Made by a program: the position numbers and the translations under genes | Notes under the pieces: generated by a model | Database searches by the model: none | Told to the model about the DNA's origin: nothing | Seen by the model: the letters and a program-made list of their open reading frames with translations, nothing else | Assembly: GCA_016208485.1 (NCBI GenBank) | Contig: JACQXY010000010.1 | Span: 1,431 to 65,430, forward strand | Length of the DNA: 64,000 bases | Direction: 5' to 3' | DNA from: Acidobacteriota bacterium | GTDB lineage: Bacteria; Actinomycetota; AC-67 | Shown here: in pieces, positions 60,120 to 64,000 of the stretch | Layout: each line of letters opens with the position of its first letter | Numbering within the stretch: position 1 is the first letter of the stretch

Positions 60120-60514
60120 TCGTGCTGGACGCGTCGGCGGCCGTCGATCTGTTGCTCGACACGCAGCCTTTCTCCGGCGCCATCGCCTGCCGACTGCGAG
60201 AGCACGAAGGCGATCTGCACGCTCCGCACCTCCTCGACGCGGAAGTGGCGCAGGTGTTCCGCCGCTACGTCCTGCGAGGGGAGCTGAGCGTGGCGCGAGC
60301 ACGATTGGGGCTCCTTCGTCTGTCCCAGATGCCCCTCGTTCGCTACCCTCACGGGCCGTTTCTCGAGCGCGCGCTCGCGTTGCGCGAGAACCTCACGGTC
60401 TACGATGCCCTCTACCTGGCGCTGGCGGAGGCCCTGGGAGCCGCGCTGCTCACCCGGGACGGAGGGCTTGCCGCCGCTCCCGGCGCGCGCGCGACCGTCA
60501 CCGTTGTCTCCTAG
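60116..60514 (+). CDS. vapC: PIN-domain toxin (VapC family)
   Basis: IVLDASAAV, APHLLDAEV, NLTVYDALYLALAE, LLTRD. Confidence 0.9.
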   Translation: MIVLDASAAVDLLLDTQPFSGAIACRLREHEGDLHAPHLLDAEVAQVFRRYVLRGELSVARARLGLLRLSQMPLVRYPHGPFLERALALRENLTVYDALYLALAEALGAALLTRDGGLAAAPGARATVTVVS

Positions 60515-60561
60515 GTAGGCCGCCCGCGGCGGAGTCGGGACCGGTACAATGGCGCGGTTCC

Positions 60562-60650
60562 GGAGGCGTCGCCTAGGCTGGTCTATGGCGCGGGATTGCT
60601 AATCCCGTTGGGGGGCAACTCCCTCGAGCGTTCAAATCGCTCCGCCTCCG
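60562..60650 (+). tRNA. tRNA-Ser(GCT)
   Basis: GGAGGCG/CGCCTCC acceptor, CGGGA-TTGCTAA-TCCCG, long variable arm; TACAAT -10 upstream. Confidence 0.92.
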
Positions 60651-60689
60651 CGTGTGAGAAGATGACGAGAGCGGCGTGCCGCTCTCCGA

Positions 60690-60763
60690 GCGCCCGTAGC
60701 TCAATTGGATAGAGCGTCGGACTACGGATCCGAAGGCTGGGGGTTCAAATCCCTCCGGGCGCA
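60690..60763 (+). tRNA. tRNA-Arg(ACG)
   Basis: GCGCCCG/CGGGCGC acceptor, TCGGA-CTACGGA-TCCGA, GGTTCAAATCC. Confidence 0.95.
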
Positions 60764-61107
60764 CCGCGTGTGGTCGAGGCAAGGTGGAGTTCGGACAGTC
60801 CCCGATCCAGCCGGAGGCGCCGAACCGAACCTGCCTGGTATGCGGCCATCGGCTCCGGGCGCAGCGCCCTCCACTGGTGGCTGGTGTCGCAGATCGGTGT
60901 CCGGATCAGCAGTCGACGCCGACGATTGAGCGGCGGGCGAAGACACAGTCGAGCGTTTCGGGGTCGAGTCTCGCGAAGGGTCCCGTTTCCCGAGCAGCGG
61001 CGATCCTGGCAGCCCCACCGGCCGCGATCAGGTCCGCCGGTTCCCACATGAAGGCGATTGTCACATGCGATTCCTCTTCGCGGGCTGGTGCGCTATGATG
61101 TAACATT

Positions 61108-61422
61108 ATGAAGTACCACCGCACGCAGATCCTGCTCGACCCCGAGGAGCATCGGCGGCTCGTGCGAGAGGCAGCGGAGCGGGGCCTGTCCTTCGCCGCG
61201 TACCTGCGGGAGATCGTGGCGACCCGGGTGGCGGAGGAGGCCACCCCCTACGACGCGCGCTCCTGGGACTCGCTGTTCGGGATCATCTCCGCCGGCGCGC
61301 CGGGCGCGGACTTCGATACCGAGGTCGCCGAGGCGTTCGAGGCCGAGTACCGGCGGGACGTCGGCGCGCGGTCCCGCGCTCCGAAGAAGACCCCAGGGAG
61401 AGCGAGGCGCAGGTTTTCGTGA
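61108..61422 (+). CDS. CopG/RHH-type antitoxin
   Basis: HRTQILLDPEEHRRLVREAAERGLS; overlaps the PIN gene. Confidence 0.8.
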   Translation: MKYHRTQILLDPEEHRRLVREAAERGLSFAAYLREIVATRVAEEATPYDARSWDSLFGIISAGAPGADFDTEVAEAFEAEYRRDVGARSRAPKKTPGRARRRFS

Positions 61423-61838
61423 CGCTTCTCATCGACTCGAACGTCCTCGTCGCGGCGGCCGACCGGCGAGACGCGCACAACGGGCGCGCGCGAGCGCTCC
61501 TGTCCGCCGTCACGGCGGAGCGCCCGTTCACGACCGACCACGTCGTGGTCGAGTCCTGGGCGGTGATCAGGCGGAGAGCCGGCTACGAGGCCGCGGAGCG
61601 GTTCCTCGACGGGCTCCGGCGATCGCCGCTCGCGCTCGAGTCGGTGACGCTCGCCGATCTGGAGCGAGCCCGGTGGATTGGAGAGCGCTGGGCGGATCAG
61701 GAGTTCGATCTCGTCGATCGAACCGCGATGGCGGTGATGGAGCGGCTCGGTTGCTCTCGCGTCGCGACCTTCGATCGGGACTTCGCCGTCTACCGCTACG
61801 GTCCGGGGCGCCGGACCGCGTTCGAGGTGCTTTCGTAG
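61419..61838 (+). CDS. vapC: PIN-domain toxin (VapC family)
   Basis: LIDSNVLVA, VVVE, DLVDRT.MAVMER, TFDRDF. Confidence 0.88.
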   Translation: MTLLIDSNVLVAAADRRDAHNGRARALLSAVTAERPFTTDHVVVESWAVIRRRAGYEAAERFLDGLRRSPLALESVTLADLERARWIGERWADQEFDLVDRTAMAVMERLGCSRVATFDRDFAVYRYGPGRRTAFEVLS

Positions 61839-61967
61839 CGAGCTGCCGGCCAGCGAGCTACCGGCCCCGCGAGCGAGTACCCGAGCAGAAGGTGTGGACG
61901 CTGCCGGGATCGAGATGAGCATCGCGACCGGCACCGGGGAGGCGGCTGCTTGTGTTGGCCTGCCGGT

Positions 61968-62264
61968 TCAGGAGGCGCGAGTCGTTGCTGAGCGGGTCCG
62001 GCCGGAGAGAGTGAGGCGGAGATCCTCTGCGACCTTCTCGAGCGACACGCGCTCCTCGAGACCCAACCTGTCGGCGAGGACCGACAGCTCGTCCGCGAGA
62101 TCCTCAAGGGTGTCGAGTAGCGCCTCGTACCGGCGGGGGGAGATGACGACGGCGACCGGCCGGCCGTGCCGCACGAGCAGCAGATTGCGCGTCGGGAGCA
62201 TGTTCGTGAGCAGGTCGTTCAGACGACTTCTCGCCTCGCTCACCGGGACCACTTCGTCGCGCAT
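61968..62264 (-). CDS. Phd/YefM-family antitoxin
   Basis: VPVSEARSRL..LL......RHGRPVAVVIS..RYEALLDTLEDL. Confidence 0.88.
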   Translation of the reverse strand: MRDEVVPVSEARSRLNDLLTNMLPTRNLLLVRHGRPVAVVISPRRYEALLDTLEDLADELSVLADRLGLEERVSLEKVAEDLRLTLSGRTRSATTRAS

Positions 62265-62328
62265 GAAGACCCCTCATTCCCTTGACGTCGCCTCTGGGGC
62301 TGCCCACGATCGGTTCTGCCTCTCACGA

Positions 62329-62357
62329 AGTGTAGTCCTGAGCGGAATTCATGTCAA
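62329..62357 (-). promoter_or_regulatory. Near-consensus promoter for antitoxin
   Basis: TTGACA-17-TACACT on the minus strand. Confidence 0.7.
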
Positions 62358-62371
62358 TCGCTGATACAGAC

Positions 62372-62400
62372 TTGCGTTCGAACATATGATCGGCTACGAT
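62372..62400 (+). promoter_or_regulatory. Leaderless relE promoter with LexA-like SOS box in spacer
   Basis: TTGCGT-17-TACGAT, ATG 7 nt later; TCGAAC-ATAT-GATCGG at 62378-62393. Confidence 0.6.
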
Positions 62401-62407
62401 TGGGGTT

Positions 62408-62674
62408 ATGGGCCCGTATCGGGTCGTACTATCAAAGACGGCAGAGAAGGAGCTCGGACGTGTGCAACCCGCACGCGTCCGGCAGCGGATCCTCGATGAG
62501 ACCGCCGCTCTCGGCGTGGATCCCACTCCTCCCCATTCCCGGATGATCCGAGGTCGAGCAACCCGGCTCTGCCGAATCAGGGTCGGGCAGTACCGCGTCG
62601 CCTACTGGGTCGATCATGACGACAGGGTTGTGCACGTCACGAAGGTAGGGCATCGGCAGGGTTTCTACTCGTGA
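62408..62674 (+). CDS. relE: RelE/ParE-family toxin
   Basis: YRVVLSKTAEKEL, RIRVGQYRVAY.VD, VTKVGHR. Confidence 0.88.
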   Translation: MGPYRVVLSKTAEKELGRVQPARVRQRILDETAALGVDPTPPHSRMIRGRATRLCRIRVGQYRVAYWVDHDDRVVHVTKVGHRQGFYS

Positions 62675-62685
62675 GGGACGGCGCG

Positions 62686-63354
62686 CTACGGCGCCTCGAT
62701 GAGGCGGTTCAGCGCGTCGAGGGTCGCGCGCGCGACGGCGTCGTTCACGTCGCGGCGCACGAGGGCCGACCCGGTCACGAGGTGCTCGCCGCGCGGGGTG
62801 ACGAGCCGAAGGACCGTGACGGCGAGCTGATGGCCGCCGGCCGAGACGATGTCGGCGGCCTGGACGTCTGCGGCCGAGCTGCCGAGGAGCCCGCCGACCG
62901 CGTCCACGATCGCGAGCGCGACCAGGCGGAGCCCGGAGAGAGCCGACCCGTGGGCCGACCCCGTCCGCGTCCCGTCCCCGACGGCGAGGTTCACGGTGAC
63001 GCTCGCCGTCTGCTGCTCGGTGTCGGAGGCGACGCGCACGATGGCCGGCCGCGCGCCGCCGCTCCGTCCGGGCGCCGCCGCGCGCGCGTCGTCGAGCTGC
63101 ACGACGCTCACGGTGCGGTAGTCCACCTCGAGGTTGAAGCTCGCGAGCAGCACGCTCTGCACGTCGCGGACGATCTGCTTCGGGCCTCGCTCGCGGGTCG
63201 CGAGCACGTGCACCTCCGTCACCCGCCCGCTCGGGTTGACCACGACGCGCGCGGACTGGATCCCGGAAATGCGGCCGATCGAGTCCTCGAGCTCCGCGGG
63301 CGAGGCGGTGCCCCGGCCATCGCCGGGGGGCGGTCCGTTGGTCGTCACCCCCAT
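62686..63354 (-). CDS. Conserved hypothetical protein with LeuA-allosteric-domain-like C-terminus
   Basis: GGAG RBS; EVHVLA...PKQIVRDVQS; GSALVR.DVNDAVARATLDALNR. Confidence 0.65.
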   Translation of the reverse strand: MGVTTNGPPPGDGRGTASPAELEDSIGRISGIQSARVVVNPSGRVTEVHVLATRERGPKQIVRDVQSVLLASFNLEVDYRTVSVVQLDDARAAAPGRSGGARPAIVRVASDTEQQTASVTVNLAVGDGTRTGSAHGSALSGLRLVALAIVDAVGGLLGSSAADVQAADIVSAGGHQLAVTVLRLVTPRGEHLVTGSALVRRDVNDAVARATLDALNRLIEAP

Positions 63355-63441
63355 AGTTTCTCCACCCTCTCGGGTTATTCCTGCGGGCCGTTCCCCTTTG
63401 TCGGGTTCCACCGGTCCCCGACGGGTGGGATGATGCCACTC

Positions 63442-64000
63442 ATGGCCGAGAAAAGCATTGTCGCGGCGCATCCGCCCCGCCGGGCGGCGCTCCCGCCGCT
63501 CGTCTGGGCGGCGCTCGGCTCGGTCTACCTGATCTGGGGCTCCACCTACCTCGCCATCCGCGTGGCGATCAGGACCATCCCTCCCTTCCTGATGGCCTCG
63601 GCGCGTTTCCTCGTCGCCGGCACCGTGCTGTACGCGATCTCGATTCGGCGCGGGGATCGGGAGGGAGACCGGCCGGGCCCGGCGCAGTGGCGCGCCGCCA
63701 CGACCGTGGGCGCGGCGCTCCTCGTGGGCGGGAACGGAGGGGTCGTCTGGGCCGAGCAGCGCGTTCCGTCCTCGATCGTAGCCCTGCTCGTGTCGGCCAT
63801 GCCTCTCTGGATGGCCGCGATCGGGTTCGTCGCGTTCCGCGAGCGCCTGCGGTGGCCTGCCGTCCTGGGGCTCGCGCTCGGCTTCGCCGGCGTCGGGCTG
63901 CTCGTGCGTCCCTCGGGGGGAGGCCGGGTGGATCCCCTCGGGGCCGGGGTCGTCCTGCTCGCGGCGCTCTCTTGGGCCGCGGGCTCGCTCCACTCCCGGA
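63442..64000 (+). CDS. EamA/DMT family transporter (YedA-like), partial
   Basis: VYLIWGSTYLAIR, PPFLMASARF, VWAEQRVPS. Confidence 0.88.
   Translation, partial: MAEKSIVAAHPPRRAALPPLVWAALGSVYLIWGSTYLAIRVAIRTIPPFLMASARFLVAGTVLYAISIRRGDREGDRPGPAQWRAATTVGAALLVGGNGGVVWAEQRVPSSIVALLVSAMPLWMAAIGFVAFRERLRWPAVLGLALGFAGVGLLVRPSGGGRVDPLGAGVVLLAALSWAAGSLHSR

Noticed and set aside
60770..61070. Short ORFs or integrase remnant after tRNA-Arg
   Set aside because: No recognisable motif and no duplicated tRNA 3' end found

Overview
High-GC window from an Actinomycetota-like bacterium. The assignment rests on the fhaA-fhaB-pstP-rodA-pbpA-pknB cluster beside tRNA-Leu, an LLM-class oxidoreductase, WS/DGAT and many apparently leaderless genes. 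Housekeeping blocks (mdh, trpS, sdhCDAB, methylmalonyl-CoA mutase, larBC, pheA, serS, four tRNAs) alternate with accessory DNA. The accessory DNA includes about nine toxin-antitoxin modules or remnants, a gutted SNF2-helicase/DUF1156/DUF499 defence locus, a group II intron and a lower-GC orphan island. Three observations stand out. (1) In the defence locus the 5' end of the DUF1156 methylase gene occurs three times, and the two extra copies are short ORFs whose stops overlap the starts of inserted cargo genes, suggesting a cassette-accumulating site. (2) The group II intron appears to have non-canonical AAGCG...CC ends, and its removal would fuse a sensor kinase in frame to a start-less HEPN RNase. 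(3) A phd/relE pair is divergently transcribed, and only the toxin promoter carries a LexA-like box. Several in-frame deletions and homopolymer frameshifts, including a deletion in trpS, mean assembly or sequencing artefacts must be excluded. All calls come from reading motifs by eye; no searches were run.
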